The position numbers and the translations under genes are program-made. A model generated the notes under the pieces. That model saw only the letters and a list, made by a program, of their open reading frames with translations, searched no databases and was not told the DNA's origin. This document shows, one piece after another, positions 12,195 to 22,968 of a DNA stretch of 64,000 nucleotides. Origin of the DNA: Blastocatellales bacterium (GTDB lineage Bacteria > Acidobacteriota > Blastocatellia > RBC074); assembly GCA_050187295.1 (NCBI GenBank), contig JBFWXQ010000006.1:110296-174295 (forward strand), in the 5' to 3' direction. Position 1 is the stretch's first letter, and every line of letters starts with the position of its first letter.

Positions 12195-12534
12195 GAGCGC
12201 GGATCAGTTACAGCGTCAGTTTTTTCAGACACTGAATATCTGAATCAGAACAATCACCGTGGGATCAATCGTTGTCTTTCACTCCGGCAATCTCAGACCG
12301 ATTGTCATATTGTCCTGTCTTTAGTTGTTCCGATTTGGCAAGCGGCGATGATCTTTTGCGGGATCAGCGCCGGCCTTTATCCGCGCTCTCCTTTCGCATT
12401 TCTTCAACAATTCGACGCTGCCTCGACACGAGGTTTCCTTTGAAGGTTGCGGATGCGACGACATCTCGTTGGATACGTCTACCCGGACATTGATTGTCGG
12501 CATCGAAACTTTTTTCCATCTTTTACTCAATTCT

Positions 12535-14460
12535 GTGTGCGGAATATTCGGCATCGTCAGCGATAAATCGCCCGATGAAATAAATCACGCTTTGCGCGCG
12601 GCGACGAATGCGATCAAGCATCGCGGCCCGGATGATGAAGGCATCGAAATCATCCATCGCGCAGACGATGGCTTAATTGCGGGCTTTGCGCATCGCAGGC
12701 TTTCTATCCTTGACCTTTCGCCCGCCGGTCATCAGCCAATGCGCGATCAAAGCACTGGCAATTGGATCACCTACAATGGAGAGGTTTTCAATTTTCGCGA
12801 AGTGCGCCAGCGTCTGGCCGGTCGCGGTCTGAGCTTTAATTCCGACAGCGACACCGAAGTCGTTTTGAAAGGTTTTGGAAAGTTCGGTCTGGAAGCCATA
12901 GCCGATTGGCGCGGAATGTTCGCCTTCGGTTTCTGGGATGCCGGATCGCGGCAATTGACGCTGGTGCGCGACCGATTGGGAATCAAGCCGCTTTATTATT
13001 ATCACGACGGAAAAACCTTTCTCTTTGCCTCTGAAATCCGCGCGCTGCTGGCCAGCGGAATGATTCCGCGAAAACTTTCCGCCGCCGCGCTCGACGGTTT
13101 TCAGGCGTTCGGTTCGATCCAACAGCCGTTGACTATAATCGAAAATGTTTACTCGGTGCTGCCCGGCCACGCGCTGACGTTCAGCAACGGTGAAATCATC
13201 AGCAAACCATACTGGCAATTGCGCGCCGAAAGGTCATCGCCCGAAATCAACGACGAACGCGCGCTCAGCGAAGAGGTTGGCGCGTTGCTGCGAGAAGCCG
13301 TGCGTTTGCGAATGGTGTCGGATGTTCCGGTTGGAATCTTCCTGAGCGGCGGCATTGATTCCAGCGCGGTGGTGGCAATGTTGCGACATGCCAACGCCAA
13401 TCGCCTGAAAACTTTCTCAGTCTGTTTCACCGAACAGGAATTCAGCGAGCGAGAACACGCGCAGCGTGTCGCCAGAAAATATGAAACCGATCACACGGAA
13501 GTTTTGCTGACAGCGAACGATTTGCTCGAAAGTTTGCCATCGGCATTGAACGCAATGGATCAGCCGTCCGTTGACGGCATCAATTCATATGTCGTGTCGG
13601 AAGCGGCTTCACGCGCCGGATTGAAAGTCGCCATTTCAGGTCTGGGCGGCGACGAAGTCTTCGCCGGTTATTCGTTTTTCAAAACCATTGCGCGCGATGA
13701 ACATCTGAGAGGATTGATTCAATCGGTTCCCTTCGGATTGCGTCGAGCGGCGGCCACTGCAATTCAATCAGCATCTCGCGGCAATCGCGCCAGTAAACTG
13801 GGCAGCTTGCTTGGAAGCGAACGACTCGGCGAACACGCGGTCATGCTGCACCGCCAACTGTTCACGGAAGGGCAGCGGCTGAAGCTTTCAAAAACCGACC
13901 ATTCGGATTCGGTCAAGCGTGACCTTGCAATGATCGCGGCCTGGACTGCGCAGCGTCTGGCGAATTGCGCCGATGCCGATCCGGTCAATCAGGCTTCGGC
14001 GTTGGAACTCAGCGGTTACCTGGCCAATACGCTGTTGCGCGACACTGACACAATGAGCATGGCTCACGGATTGGAAGTGCGCGTGCCGCTGATTGATCAT
14101 CTGGTGGTGGAACGTTTGCTGGCGATTCCCGGCTGGCAGAAATTGCGCGAAGGCGATTCGAAATGGCCGAAATGGCTGCTGGTTGCAGCGGCTGGCGATT
14201 TGCCGCGCGAAATCGTCTCGCGATCAAAACGCGGTTTCGAACTGCCGTTCAAACACTGGCTGCTCGGCGCTTTGCGCAATCAGGTTGAAACTGTTTTATG
14301 CGATGAGAAGTCCGGCGTTTTGGGAAGCTGGCTGAATCCGTCGGCAGTTCGAAAAGTCTGGGAAGATTTCACAAACGGACGCGCCAGTTGGTCGCGCGTC
14401 TGGAGTCTGTACGTTTTGAGCGAATGGACAAGATTGAATCTGCAAAACCGCATCTGGTGA
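12535..14460 (+). CDS. asnB: AsnB-like glutamine-dependent amidotransferase (polysaccharide-locus paralog 1)
   Basis: GTG start followed by CGIFG gives the catalytic N-terminal Cys. Other motifs: HRGPD, HRRLSILDLS, YNGEVFN, RDRLGIKPLY, LSGGIDSS, SGLGGDEVFAGY. Confidence 0.88.
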   Translation: MCGIFGIVSDKSPDEINHALRAATNAIKHRGPDDEGIEIIHRADDGLIAGFAHRRLSILDLSPAGHQPMRDQSTGNWITYNGEVFNFREVRQRLAGRGLSFNSDSDTEVVLKGFGKFGLEAIADWRGMFAFGFWDAGSRQLTLVRDRLGIKPLYYYHDGKTFLFASEIRALLASGMIPRKLSAAALDGFQAFGSIQQPLTIIENVYSVLPGHALTFSNGEIISKPYWQLRAERSSPEINDERALSEEVGALLREAVRLRMVSDVPVGIFLSGGIDSSAVVAMLRHANANRLKTFSVCFTEQEFSEREHAQRVARKYETDHTEVLLTANDLLESLPSALNAMDQPSVDGINSYVVSEAASRAGLKVAISGLGGDEVFAGYSFFKTIARDEHLRGLIQSVPFGLRRAAATAIQSASRGNRASKLGSLLGSERLGEHAVMLHRQLFTEGQRLKLSKTDHSDSVKRDLAMIAAWTAQRLANCADADPVNQASALELSGYLANTLLRDTDTMSMAHGLEVRVPLIDHLVVERLLAIPGWQKLREGDSKWPKWLLVAAAGDLPREIVSRSKRGFELPFKHWLLGALRNQVETVLCDEKSGVLGSWLNPSAVRKVWEDFTNGRASWSRVWSLYVLSEWTRLNLQNRIW

Positions 14461-15272
14461 TTGAACCGCCGCGCGCGTGGGTCCCGCTGAACCTGGGCGA
14501 TCTGTGGCAACATCGCGAGCTGTTGTATTTTCTGATCTGGCGCGATCTGAAAGTTCGTTACAAGCAAACGGCGATGGGCGCAGCCTGGGCCGTCATGCAG
14601 CCGCTTTTCACCATGCTGATCTTCACGATTTTCTTCGGCAAATTTGCGCAAATGCCTTCGGACAATCTGCCCTACCCGCTTTTCGCATACGCCGGATTGT
14701 TGCCGTGGACTTTTTTCGCCAACGCGCTGACCAACGCCAGCAACAGTCTGGTCGGCAGTTCAAACCTGATCACAAAAGTTTACTTTCCGCGATTGCTGAT
14801 GCCTGCGGCGGCGGTGATGGCCGGTCTGGTGGATTTCGCCTGCGCCTTTCTGGTTCTGCTGTTGATGATGTTCTGGTACGAAGTGCCATTGAGCGTCAAT
14901 CTGATCATGCTTCCGGTTTTGTTGATGTTGACCGCCGCGCTGGCTTTGGGCACAGGGTTGTGGCTGGCGGCCTGGCACGTCAAATACCGCGATGTGCGTT
15001 ATCTGATTCCTTTCCTGATTCAATTCTGGATGTTTGCCACGCCGATCATTTATCCGGCCAGTCTGGTGCCTGGAAAATTCCGGCTCTTGTTTTCGCTCAA
15101 TCCGATGACCGGCATCATCGAAGCTTTTCGCACGGCGCTGCTCGGCGAAGTGAACGGGGCGCGCTTCGATTGGGCAGCGTTGGGCATTGCGGCATTGATC
15201 ACAATGGTTGTGCTGGTCTATGCCGCTTTCGATTTTCGTCGAATGGAAAACCAGTTCGCTGATCTGGTCTGA
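14424..15272 (+). CDS. wzm: ABC-2 polysaccharide exporter permease
   Basis: Motifs LIWRDLKVRYKQT.MG..W, NLITKVYFPR, FWMFATPIIYP and NPMTGIIEAFR; about 6 TM segments. Confidence 0.9.
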   Translation: MDKIESAKPHLVIEPPRAWVPLNLGDLWQHRELLYFLIWRDLKVRYKQTAMGAAWAVMQPLFTMLIFTIFFGKFAQMPSDNLPYPLFAYAGLLPWTFFANALTNASNSLVGSSNLITKVYFPRLLMPAAAVMAGLVDFACAFLVLLLMMFWYEVPLSVNLIMLPVLLMLTAALALGTGLWLAAWHVKYRDVRYLIPFLIQFWMFATPIIYPASLVPGKFRLLFSLNPMTGIIEAFRTALLGEVNGARFDWAALGIAALITMVVLVYAAFDFRRMENQFADLV

Positions 15273-15300
15273 AGCTTCAATCGCTTCACCGTAAATTTGA

Positions 15301-16602
15301 ATGCCATCGAATTTCGCCATCAAAGTTGATCGTCTGAGCAAGCGTTACGTTTTGGGCGAGCGCGTTTCAAACCAGCAAACGCTGCGCGACGCGATCATCA
15401 AATCCGTTCGGCGATTGAATCCGTTCGCCCGCAACAACGCGCAACGCCAGAGCACGAACGAACTGTGGGCGCTGGATCAGGTTAGTTTTGAACTTCAGAT
15501 GGGTGAAGTTGCCGGAGTCATTGGCCGCAACGGCGCTGGCAAATCAACGCTGCTTAAAATTCTTTCGCGCATCACCGCACCCACCGAAGGCCGCGTGGAA
15601 ATGTTCGGCAGAGTTGGAAGTTTGCTGGAAGTCGGCGCGGGCTTTCACCCGGAATTAAGCGGTCGCGAAAACATTTACCTGAACGGCGCGGTGCTGGGCA
15701 TGCGGCGGACGGAAATCGCCCGTCGGTTTGATGAAATCGTCGCCTTTGCCGAAGTCGAACGATTTATTGACACGCCAGTCAAACGTTATTCCAGCGGGAT
15801 GTACCTGCGTCTGGCCTTTGCCGTCGCCGCGCATCTGGAACCGGAAATCCTGATCGTGGATGAAGTGCTGGCGGTCGGCGACGCGGCGTTCCAGCAAAAA
15901 TGCCTGAGCAAAATGGGCGCTGTGGCCAGACAGGGGCGAACTGTATTATTCGTCAGCCACAATCTGGCGGCGGTCAAACATCTGTGCCAGCGCGGAATCG
16001 TCCTGGCCGCGGGCAAAATAGCTTTTGACGGAACAGCCGATGAAGCAGTTCGTCATTATCTGTCCGGCGCTCAAGCCGCGGCGCAACAAACAACCGATGG
16101 TTTCAGTTTTACCAATCCGAACGCTGACGCTCAGCGCCATTTTGAGGTCATCAAAGTTGAAGCTGTTGATCGTGATGGCCGCGTCAAACAATCGCTGGCG
16201 ACAGGCGATTACGTTCGTTTTCGAATTGAATGGCGCGCCGATGAGCCGGTCGAAAAAGCCGGCGTCGAATTGGGCATTCACACTCTGGAAGGCGTGCAGG
16301 TCATTCAATATTCCACGCGGCCGGTTTCTGACATTGATGTGCGCATCGAACGCGGTATCAATTCGATCGAATGCGAATTCCCGCAATTTCCGCTTGCCGC
16401 CGGACGATATTATTTATCCGTAGGGCTGACGCGCCCGATGATTGAATGGCTTTACCGCGACGATCAGTTCGCCATATTCGATGTCGAAGCCTGCGATGTT
16501 TTCCGCAGCGGCACACCGCTGACCGCCTCGCGATCATTGATTGCAACACCTCATCGTTGGCTGGCAACCGACAGCCAGCCATCAATGGCTGAAAAGAAAT
16601 GA
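15301..16602 (+). CDS. wzt: ABC polysaccharide exporter ATPase with C-terminal Wzt_C domain
   Basis: Walker A GRNGAGKST, GFHPELSGREN, signature YSSGM and Walker B ILIVDEVLAVGD, followed by a ~170-aa C-terminal beta domain. Confidence 0.92.
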   Translation: MPSNFAIKVDRLSKRYVLGERVSNQQTLRDAIIKSVRRLNPFARNNAQRQSTNELWALDQVSFELQMGEVAGVIGRNGAGKSTLLKILSRITAPTEGRVEMFGRVGSLLEVGAGFHPELSGRENIYLNGAVLGMRRTEIARRFDEIVAFAEVERFIDTPVKRYSSGMYLRLAFAVAAHLEPEILIVDEVLAVGDAAFQQKCLSKMGAVARQGRTVLFVSHNLAAVKHLCQRGIVLAAGKIAFDGTADEAVRHYLSGAQAAAQQTTDGFSFTNPNADAQRHFEVIKVEAVDRDGRVKQSLATGDYVRFRIEWRADEPVEKAGVELGIHTLEGVQVIQYSTRPVSDIDVRIERGINSIECEFPQFPLAAGRYYLSVGLTRPMIEWLYRDDQFAIFDVEACDVFRSGTPLTASRSLIATPHRWLATDSQPSMAEKK

Positions 16603-17399
16603 GTTTCAAATTGACGGCCGTCACCGCCACCTTCAATCGAAAGGAATTTCTGCCTCGTTGCCTGGACAGCGTGACCAAACAGCCTTACGCGGACAAGGAA
16701 CATATCGTCATTGACGGAGCTTCAACCGACGGCACTCGGGAACTGCTGGCGAATTACGCCGAACAACATCCGCACGTGAAATGGATTTCCGAACCCGATC
16801 GCGGAATTTCCGACGCGCTGAACAAAGGTCTGGCAATGGCGACCGGCGACGCCATCGGAATCATCGGCGACGATGACTTTTACCTGGCGGACGTTTTCGG
16901 TTTGATTGCCGATGAATTCGCGCGACATCAGACGGCGGGCATCGTCAGCGGCCATTGCGACGTGATGAACAACGACGGCGAAATTATCAAAACCGAAAAA
17001 GCCGGTTTCACCACGCGGCGCGATTTGATCGAATGCTGGCGCTGCTGGGGACGAAGTGTGATGCTGCCTGCTCCAAGCAGCTTCATACGTCGGCAGGTGA
17101 TTGAAACCGTCGGCGGTTTTGACCAGGCGGATCGTTACGCGATGGATTATCGGCACTGGATCAAAATCACCGAGCGTTTCCCCGTGCAAATTATTGATCG
17201 AATCCTGGCCGCTTTCCGCCACGACGACGGAACGACTTCGTTTTCCTACAACCGGCAACAATGGGAAGAAACCCTTGCCATCAGCCGCCAATACTGGGGA
17301 TCGAAACTCAGCCCTGATTTTTACGCGCTGTGGTTTTCACACTGGCGTCATTTTCAATATCCGCAATGGCGCGGGCGGCTGGCCGCAATGCTGAAATGA
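16599..17399 (+). CDS. Glycosyltransferase family 2
   Basis: Motifs IVIDGASTDGT, SEPDRGISDALNKGL and IGDDD. Confidence 0.88.
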   Translation: MSFKLTAVTATFNRKEFLPRCLDSVTKQPYADKEHIVIDGASTDGTRELLANYAEQHPHVKWISEPDRGISDALNKGLAMATGDAIGIIGDDDFYLADVFGLIADEFARHQTAGIVSGHCDVMNNDGEIIKTEKAGFTTRRDLIECWRCWGRSVMLPAPSSFIRRQVIETVGGFDQADRYAMDYRHWIKITERFPVQIIDRILAAFRHDDGTTSFSYNRQQWEETLAISRQYWGSKLSPDFYALWFSHWRHFQYPQWRGRLAAMLK

Positions 17400-18580
17400 A
17401 ATTGCTGATGATATTGCCATCGTTGGCGCGTGGCGGAGCCGAAGAGCAAAGCCTGACCATCGCGCGAGCTGCAATCCGTCGCGGTTGGGAAGTTCACGCA
17501 GCATTACCAAACACGACCGGAACCGTTTCGCTGATCAGTGACTTCAACTCAGCCGGATCAATTTGCCATCCACTGACGATCGCTGATGTTCCGTCGCGCT
17601 GGCCTCTGATTGACGAATTGAAGCGATTGCTGATGACTGCGGTCAGGCTGTTGATGACCAAACCGGATGTTGCGCAGATTGCCTTGCCAAGCCCGATTGC
17701 AGGCGCTGGCAGCATTCTGGCCTGCGCGCTGTTGCGCATTCCGACCGCCGTCGTTTTTCATTCGACTCCGGTGCGTTTGAGCTTCGGCGATAAAAGACTG
17801 AAAGCTTACGGCTGGGCCAGACGGCGCGCTCAACAATGGGTGGTGGTTTCAGAATACAGCCGCAAACTGATCAGCCAATCTTTCGACGTTTCACCCGAAG
17901 AAATTTTGCGCATATACAACGGCGCCAAAACGACAGATGACAACGGCGAGCGTTCAACGGCTCGACAACGTCTGTGTCGCGAACTGGGATTGCCTGAAGA
18001 TGCCCGTCTGATTCTGACCGTCGGGCGATTGCATCCCGACAAAGGTTATCGCGAACTGCTGCACGCGATTCCGCATCTGCTGGCCGAATTTCCCAACGCA
18101 AAATTTCTGTGGGCGGGCCAGGGCGGCGACCGCGATTTTCTCCGGCAACAGATTGAAATGTATGGTGTGGCCGATGCGGTGAGAATGCTTGGCCATCGCG
18201 CGGATGCGCGGCAATTGATGCTGGCCGCTGATCTGCTGGCTTTTCCTTCACACGTCGAATCAATGAGCCTGGTCTTGCTGGAAGCGATGGCAGCGGGTTT
18301 GCCGATTGTGGCTTCGCAAGCGGGAGGAACGCCGGAACTGATCAGCGACCAAATTCACGGGTTGCTGTGTCACGTCGGCGACAGTTGCGATTTGCTGGCC
18401 AAAATGCGCTGGGCGCTAAATCACACTGAGCAAATGCAGGCGATGGCCGAATCAGCGCGCGCGCGAGTTCGGGAATTTTCCGAAGAGAAGATGATCGCCG
18501 AAACATTGGCCTTGCTGGAAAAACTGCACACAGGGGTGGTTGGACGTGGCGAAAAAAGTTCTGTTCTTTTTCCCTCATAA
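17396..18580 (+). CDS. Glycosyltransferase family 4
   Basis: Motifs GGAEEQ, IYNG, TVGRLHPDKG and ESMSLVLLEAMAAGLPIV. ATG 17396 overlaps the upstream stop. Confidence 0.88.
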   Translation: MKLLMILPSLARGGAEEQSLTIARAAIRRGWEVHAALPNTTGTVSLISDFNSAGSICHPLTIADVPSRWPLIDELKRLLMTAVRLLMTKPDVAQIALPSPIAGAGSILACALLRIPTAVVFHSTPVRLSFGDKRLKAYGWARRRAQQWVVVSEYSRKLISQSFDVSPEEILRIYNGAKTTDDNGERSTARQRLCRELGLPEDARLILTVGRLHPDKGYRELLHAIPHLLAEFPNAKFLWAGQGGDRDFLRQQIEMYGVADAVRMLGHRADARQLMLAADLLAFPSHVESMSLVLLEAMAAGLPIVASQAGGTPELISDQIHGLLCHVGDSCDLLAKMRWALNHTEQMQAMAESARARVREFSEEKMIAETLALLEKLHTGVVGRGEKSSVLFPS

Positions 18581-19817
18581 CCCATATCCACCGCGCAGCG
18601 GAGCGCATCAGCGATGCCTGGAAATGCTGTCCGGATTGCGCCAGCTTGGTTGCCGCACGACGCTGGCCAGCGCCAGCCTGTTTTCAGAAACGCGTTGGGA
18701 CAGGCACAGCGTGCAGGTTCTGGAAAGCGAATGGGTTGATCGGGCGCTGGTTTATGAAACCACCAGGTTCGATCATTACTTCCGTTCGGCATTGTCGCGG
18801 ACGAATAAAATGTTTAATCACCAAGAGCCGCTTGATTCCGCGCTCTACTCGCCGCCGTCGTTTCGTCGCTGGATGGCGCGCATCTGCGATCAAACCGAAC
18901 CCGATCTGATCGTCATCAATTACGCTTACTGGAATAAACTTTTGCCTGGCGGCATCAAGGCAATCACCGCGATTGAAACGCATGATCTGCTGACGCTGAA
19001 CCAGCGAATGCGCGATGCATTGCGGCAACGATTGCCAGCGCCGCCAATTGATCACAATCAGGTTGATGAAAATCTGCTTTGCGAAGATTTTTTTGACCGG
19101 ATGAACCTGAAAGCCGACGCTGAAGAATTTCGCATTTACGACCGGTACGATTACACGATTGCCATTTCATCCAAAGAAGCCGAAACGATTCGCGCAAATA
19201 CCAGTCGAACCGAAACGCTGTTGATACCTATGACGCAATCTGTGAAAAGCGCCAGACCAGCTTACGATGGAGCGGCGGTTTTCGTGACGGGGCCGAATCC
19301 TTTCAATCTGCAAGCTTATCTTTATTTCGTCCAGCGAGTGCTGCCGATAGTTCGTCACCATTCGCCGTCTTTTATGTTGCGAGTCACAGGAGCCTGTTGC
19401 CAGTCGGTGATGGCCGCCGATGGAATTCGTTTGAGCGGTTTTGTGCCGGATTTACAGGCTGTTTACGAAACTGCTCCCTTTGCCATTTGCCCTGTCTTCG
19501 GCGGAACCGGCCAGCAGGTCAAAGTGATAGAAGCGATGAGTTACGGCGTTCCGGTCATCGCGTTGCGCGCGGCGGCAGAATGTTCGCCCATCAAACACGG
19601 CGTCAACGGTTTGGTCGCCAACGACGCCGAAGAATTCGCCGAACATTGTTTGCGGTTGTGGCAGGATCGCCAGCTTTGCCGTCAATTGGGCAGCGCGGCG
19701 CGCGAAACCATCGCGGCGGATTATTCGCAATCGCGATTGCTGGAAGGTTTGTCCAAACTCAAAGACTGTTCCAACGCAAAGTCGCGAAGTTTGAAAGACG
19801 CAAAGGCGGTTTTGTGA
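18540..19817 (+). CDS. GT-B glycosyltransferase (family 4-like)
   Basis: Motifs PPRSGAHQR and ICPVFGGTGQQVKVIEAMSYGVPVI. Confidence 0.8.
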   Translation: MDVAKKVLFFFPHNPYPPRSGAHQRCLEMLSGLRQLGCRTTLASASLFSETRWDRHSVQVLESEWVDRALVYETTRFDHYFRSALSRTNKMFNHQEPLDSALYSPPSFRRWMARICDQTEPDLIVINYAYWNKLLPGGIKAITAIETHDLLTLNQRMRDALRQRLPAPPIDHNQVDENLLCEDFFDRMNLKADAEEFRIYDRYDYTIAISSKEAETIRANTSRTETLLIPMTQSVKSARPAYDGAAVFVTGPNPFNLQAYLYFVQRVLPIVRHHSPSFMLRVTGACCQSVMAADGIRLSGFVPDLQAVYETAPFAICPVFGGTGQQVKVIEAMSYGVPVIALRAAAECSPIKHGVNGLVANDAEEFAEHCLRLWQDRQLCRQLGSAARETIAADYSQSRLLEGLSKLKDCSNAKSRSLKDAKAVL

Positions 19818-19916
19818 AAAGGCGATTCTGGTTGCCAAAATCTGTCACCACTAAATTTGCATTGCGCCTTTGCTGCTCGGCGTCTTTGCGTTACTCCGAT
19901 TACTTTGCGAGTGAAA
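19774..19916. repeat. Imperfect inverted-repeat element built from CGCAAAG/CTTTGCG units
   Basis: Left arm acgcaaagtcgcgaag...aaagacgcaaaggcg; right arm cgcctttgc...gcgtctttgcg...actttgcgagtgaaa. It shares the exact 16-mer gctcggcgtctttgcg (19875-19890) with 25169-25184. Confidence 0.65.
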
Positions 19917-19920
19917 TAAA

Positions 19921-21174
19921 TTGTTGAGCCTCGTTTCACGCATCGCGCATTGGCTGACTTCGCCGCAAGTGGCTTTCCGCGTTTGCGAACCGATTTTCAG
20001 ATTGGCTGGACGTCGCAAAACCTCGCCTGCAGAAATTTTACCGGAAGTTCGCAACGCGCTGGTCGTCAGGCTGGATGAAATCGGAGACGTGGTTCTGACC
20101 ATTCCCCTGCTCAGGGAATTGCGGCGAAATCTGCCCGCAGCGCGCATCACGCTGGTTGTCGCGCCGCACGTCGCCAACCTGCTGGAAACCTGCCCTTACG
20201 TCAACGAAGTTCTGGTTTACGAATGCCGGACGGAGCATCGGCGATGGCAAAGATTGTGGCAGCATCTTTCGGCGATTGAATTCGCGCGCAGTCATTTGTG
20301 GAATCGCCGTTTTGATCTGGCTCTGTTGCCGCGCTGGGACGTGGATCAGGATCACTCGGCTTTTGTGGCTTATTTCAGCGGAGCGGTCTGGCGCGCGGCT
20401 TATTCCGAAACCGTCAACGAACAGAAACAGCGGTTGAACCAATCGCAGGATTTGTTGCTGACGCACGCGCTTGATGACAGGGTTTCGCGCCACGAAATCG
20501 AATACGGTCTGGAAATGATCGGCGCGCTCGGAGGTGAAGTCCGTGAAACTCACCTTGAATTATGGCCGGAGGATGAAGATGTGCGATTCGCCCAAAATGC
20601 GCTGCCAAATTCGGGCACAAGCGATTACATAGCGCTTTGTCCGTCCGGCGGAACTTCTCAGTTGAAACAATGGCCGGTCGGCAATTTCATTCAACTTGGT
20701 CGCTGGCTTCAGGATGAACACAAAGCCCGGCTGGTTCTGATTGGCGGCGCGGGAGATGAAACGCTGGGCGCCGAACTTCAGCGCGGGCTTGGCCAAGCGG
20801 CCATCAATTTGATCGGGCGAACGACTTTGCGGCAATTGGCGGCGGTTCTGGGTCAATGCAAACTTTTTGCCGGCAACGACACTGGGCCAATGCACATTGC
20901 GGCGGCGGCGGGGATTCCGGTTGTCGCTGTTTTCGGTTCCAGCTGTCATCACCGCTTTCATCCGTGGAGCGAAAACCATCGCGTCGTAGCCAATGAGCTG
21001 CCGTGCAGCCCGTGCGCCAGAGAACCGCACCGCGACCGTTGCGTTCAGTGCGTTTTCGATCATCCGAAATGTTTGCATGAATTGCCGATCGAACGTGTGA
21101 TGGCGGCGATCAATGAATTGCGGGCTCAGTCGGGCGCAGTGAAACCTTATTCCGGCGAAAGCGTCAATGCCTGA
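19921..21174 (+). CDS. Glycosyltransferase family 9 (heptosyltransferase-like)
   Basis: Motifs LVVRLDEIGDVVL, KQWPVGNF and AGNDTGPMHIAAAAGIPVVAVFG. Confidence 0.88.
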   Translation: MLSLVSRIAHWLTSPQVAFRVCEPIFRLAGRRKTSPAEILPEVRNALVVRLDEIGDVVLTIPLLRELRRNLPAARITLVVAPHVANLLETCPYVNEVLVYECRTEHRRWQRLWQHLSAIEFARSHLWNRRFDLALLPRWDVDQDHSAFVAYFSGAVWRAAYSETVNEQKQRLNQSQDLLLTHALDDRVSRHEIEYGLEMIGALGGEVRETHLELWPEDEDVRFAQNALPNSGTSDYIALCPSGGTSQLKQWPVGNFIQLGRWLQDEHKARLVLIGGAGDETLGAELQRGLGQAAINLIGRTTLRQLAAVLGQCKLFAGNDTGPMHIAAAAGIPVVAVFGSSCHHRFHPWSENHRVVANELPCSPCAREPHRDRCVQCVFDHPKCLHELPIERVMAAINELRAQSGAVKPYSGESVNA

Positions 21175-22015
21175 ACTTTATCTGCTGCTGCCGGTACATA
21201 ACCGCAGCCAAACGACGCGCCGTTTTCTGAATTGCCTGAAGGCTCAAACTTTCGGCGATTACCATTTGCTGTTGATTGACGACGGTTCGACCGACGGCAC
21301 GGCCGAAATGGCGCGCCAGATCATTCCCGATTTGACGCTGATCAACGGCAGCGGCGATTGGTGGTGGGCGGGCAGTTTGCAACAGGGAATTGACTGGCTG
21401 AACCGGCAGAAGATTTCAGATGAAGATTTGATTCTGATGATCAACGATGATGTGACTTTCAATCCGGATTTTCTGGAACTCGGCGTCAAGCAGTTGCAAA
21501 GCATGCCCGGAACATTGTTGCTGGCCGAGGCTGTCAGCGCGCAAACCGGACGACCGCTGGTTTCAGGAGTCGAAGCCGATTTGAAAAAATGGCGTTTCAG
21601 TCCCGCCGAATCAGAAGACAGAATCAATTGCCTGACGACCAATGGATTGTTCCTGCGCTGGAAAGATTTGCGGCAAATCGGCGGTTTTCATCCGCGCTTG
21701 TTGCCGCATTACAACGCGGATTACGAATTCACCATGCGCGCGCATCGCAAAGGATTTCGTTTGCGCGTCAGCCGGGATTTGCGGCTGGTCTGGGATGAAA
21801 CTACCACAGGCTTTCACCGTTTCAACGAAATGCCTTTCAAGACTTTTTTGCGGCAATACTTTTCCAAAAAATCGCTGGGCAATCCGCTCTATCATTCGGC
21901 ATTCGTTTTACTCGCCTGCCCTGCGCTTTGGATTCCAATTCATTTATTCAAAATCTGGATTGGAGCTATGCTGACTATTGGCCGCCGCGCCACGCAAAGC
22001 GGCAAACCGTCATGA
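21167..22015 (+). CDS. Glycosyltransferase family 2
   Basis: Motifs LLPVHNR, LIDDGSTDGT, WWWAGS and INDD. Confidence 0.85.
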   Translation: MPELYLLLPVHNRSQTTRRFLNCLKAQTFGDYHLLLIDDGSTDGTAEMARQIIPDLTLINGSGDWWWAGSLQQGIDWLNRQKISDEDLILMINDDVTFNPDFLELGVKQLQSMPGTLLLAEAVSAQTGRPLVSGVEADLKKWRFSPAESEDRINCLTTNGLFLRWKDLRQIGGFHPRLLPHYNADYEFTMRAHRKGFRLRVSRDLRLVWDETTTGFHRFNEMPFKTFLRQYFSKKSLGNPLYHSAFVLLACPALWIPIHLFKIWIGAMLTIGRRATQSGKPS

Positions 22016-22965
22016 ATCAAATCGCTGTTTCCGTCATCGTTCCGACACGCAATCGTCCAAACACATTGAGCCAATGTCTGGCGGCGCTGGTCAAACAGGA
22101 TTTTCCGCTCAATCAATTTGAAGTTCTGGTTTGCGACGATGGATCGGAAGAAGACGTGCGTGTTGTTGCGGAACAGGCCCGGCAATCAGGTTTGCAGGTT
22201 CGCTATTTGCGACAGCAACCGCGCGGCCCCGCAGCGGCACGCAATCTGGGTATTCGCAATTCTATCGCGCCGATCATCGCCATGACCGACAGCGACACTT
22301 TGCCTGACAGAGCCTGGCTGAGAAATCTGGTTGAATCGCTCAACGCGCATCCCGAGGCAGTCGGCGTGGAAGGGAAAGTTTTCGCCGAAAATGATGGCGA
22401 GTTCGGACCGCTGGGCGAAGGGCCGACCAATCTGACCGGCGGAATTTACCTGACCTGCAATTGCGCCTACCGCCGCCAGACGCTGATTCAGATCGGCGGG
22501 TTTGACGAGACATTTCCTTATCCGGCGTATGAGGACACCGAACTGGCTGCGCGCGCAATTCAGTTGGGGCCGATATTGTGGCAGCCGAATGCCGTTGTTC
22601 TGCATCCGCAACGTCCGCTGACGGCTCGCGCCGTTTGGCGAAAGCTGCATCATTGGCAGTACATTCAATTGATGGGTTATCGGTATGGTTATCTGGGCTG
22701 GAAAAAATATCCTGTCAATTACCCGCGATTGCGCGTGGCGGCACTGGCGTTGTTGGCATTGCCGCTGGCAAAACTGAAGACGGCGGCGCAATGTTTGAGA
22801 CGTGAACCGAAAGCGGCGTTGAAGCTGGCCGCGTTTGGTTTGCTGGAAGCCGTTGGCGCATTGTTGATGGTCGTCCCGCAATCGCTGTTTGGACGGCACG
22901 GCGATAAAGTTCTTCGGCGATCTTACCTTGATGACAATTCCGCAAACAGTCATTCTCTGACCTGA
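22012..22965 (+). CDS. Glycosyltransferase family 2 with C-terminal hydrophobic segments
   Basis: Motifs VSVIVPTRNR, VCDDGS, GPAAARNLG, MTDSD and GGFDETFPYPAYEDTEL. ATG 22012 overlaps the upstream stop. Confidence 0.87.
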   Translation: MNQIAVSVIVPTRNRPNTLSQCLAALVKQDFPLNQFEVLVCDDGSEEDVRVVAEQARQSGLQVRYLRQQPRGPAAARNLGIRNSIAPIIAMTDSDTLPDRAWLRNLVESLNAHPEAVGVEGKVFAENDGEFGPLGEGPTNLTGGIYLTCNCAYRRQTLIQIGGFDETFPYPAYEDTELAARAIQLGPILWQPNAVVLHPQRPLTARAVWRKLHHWQYIQLMGYRYGYLGWKKYPVNYPRLRVAALALLALPLAKLKTAAQCLRREPKAALKLAAFGLLEAVGALLMVVPQSLFGRHGDKVLRRSYLDDNSANSHSLT

Positions 22966-22968
22966 ACA

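Noticed and set aside
12321-12554. Small antisense ORF next to asnB1, considered as a lasso-peptide precursor (AsnB homologs can be lasso cyclases)
   Set aside because: Both AsnB proteins keep a full Ntn glutaminase domain with N-terminal Cys. No B1/B2 peptidase or RRE gene is present. The ORF is antisense to the operon, has no clear RBS and lacks a YxxPxL leader.
14477-15262. 261-aa alternate-frame ORF over wzm, and similar long shadow ORFs (22186-23190, 25636-26682, 28047-28886, 53454-54347)
   Set aside because: They fully overlap well-supported genes and have no family motifs. Such ORFs are expected in GC-rich coding DNA.
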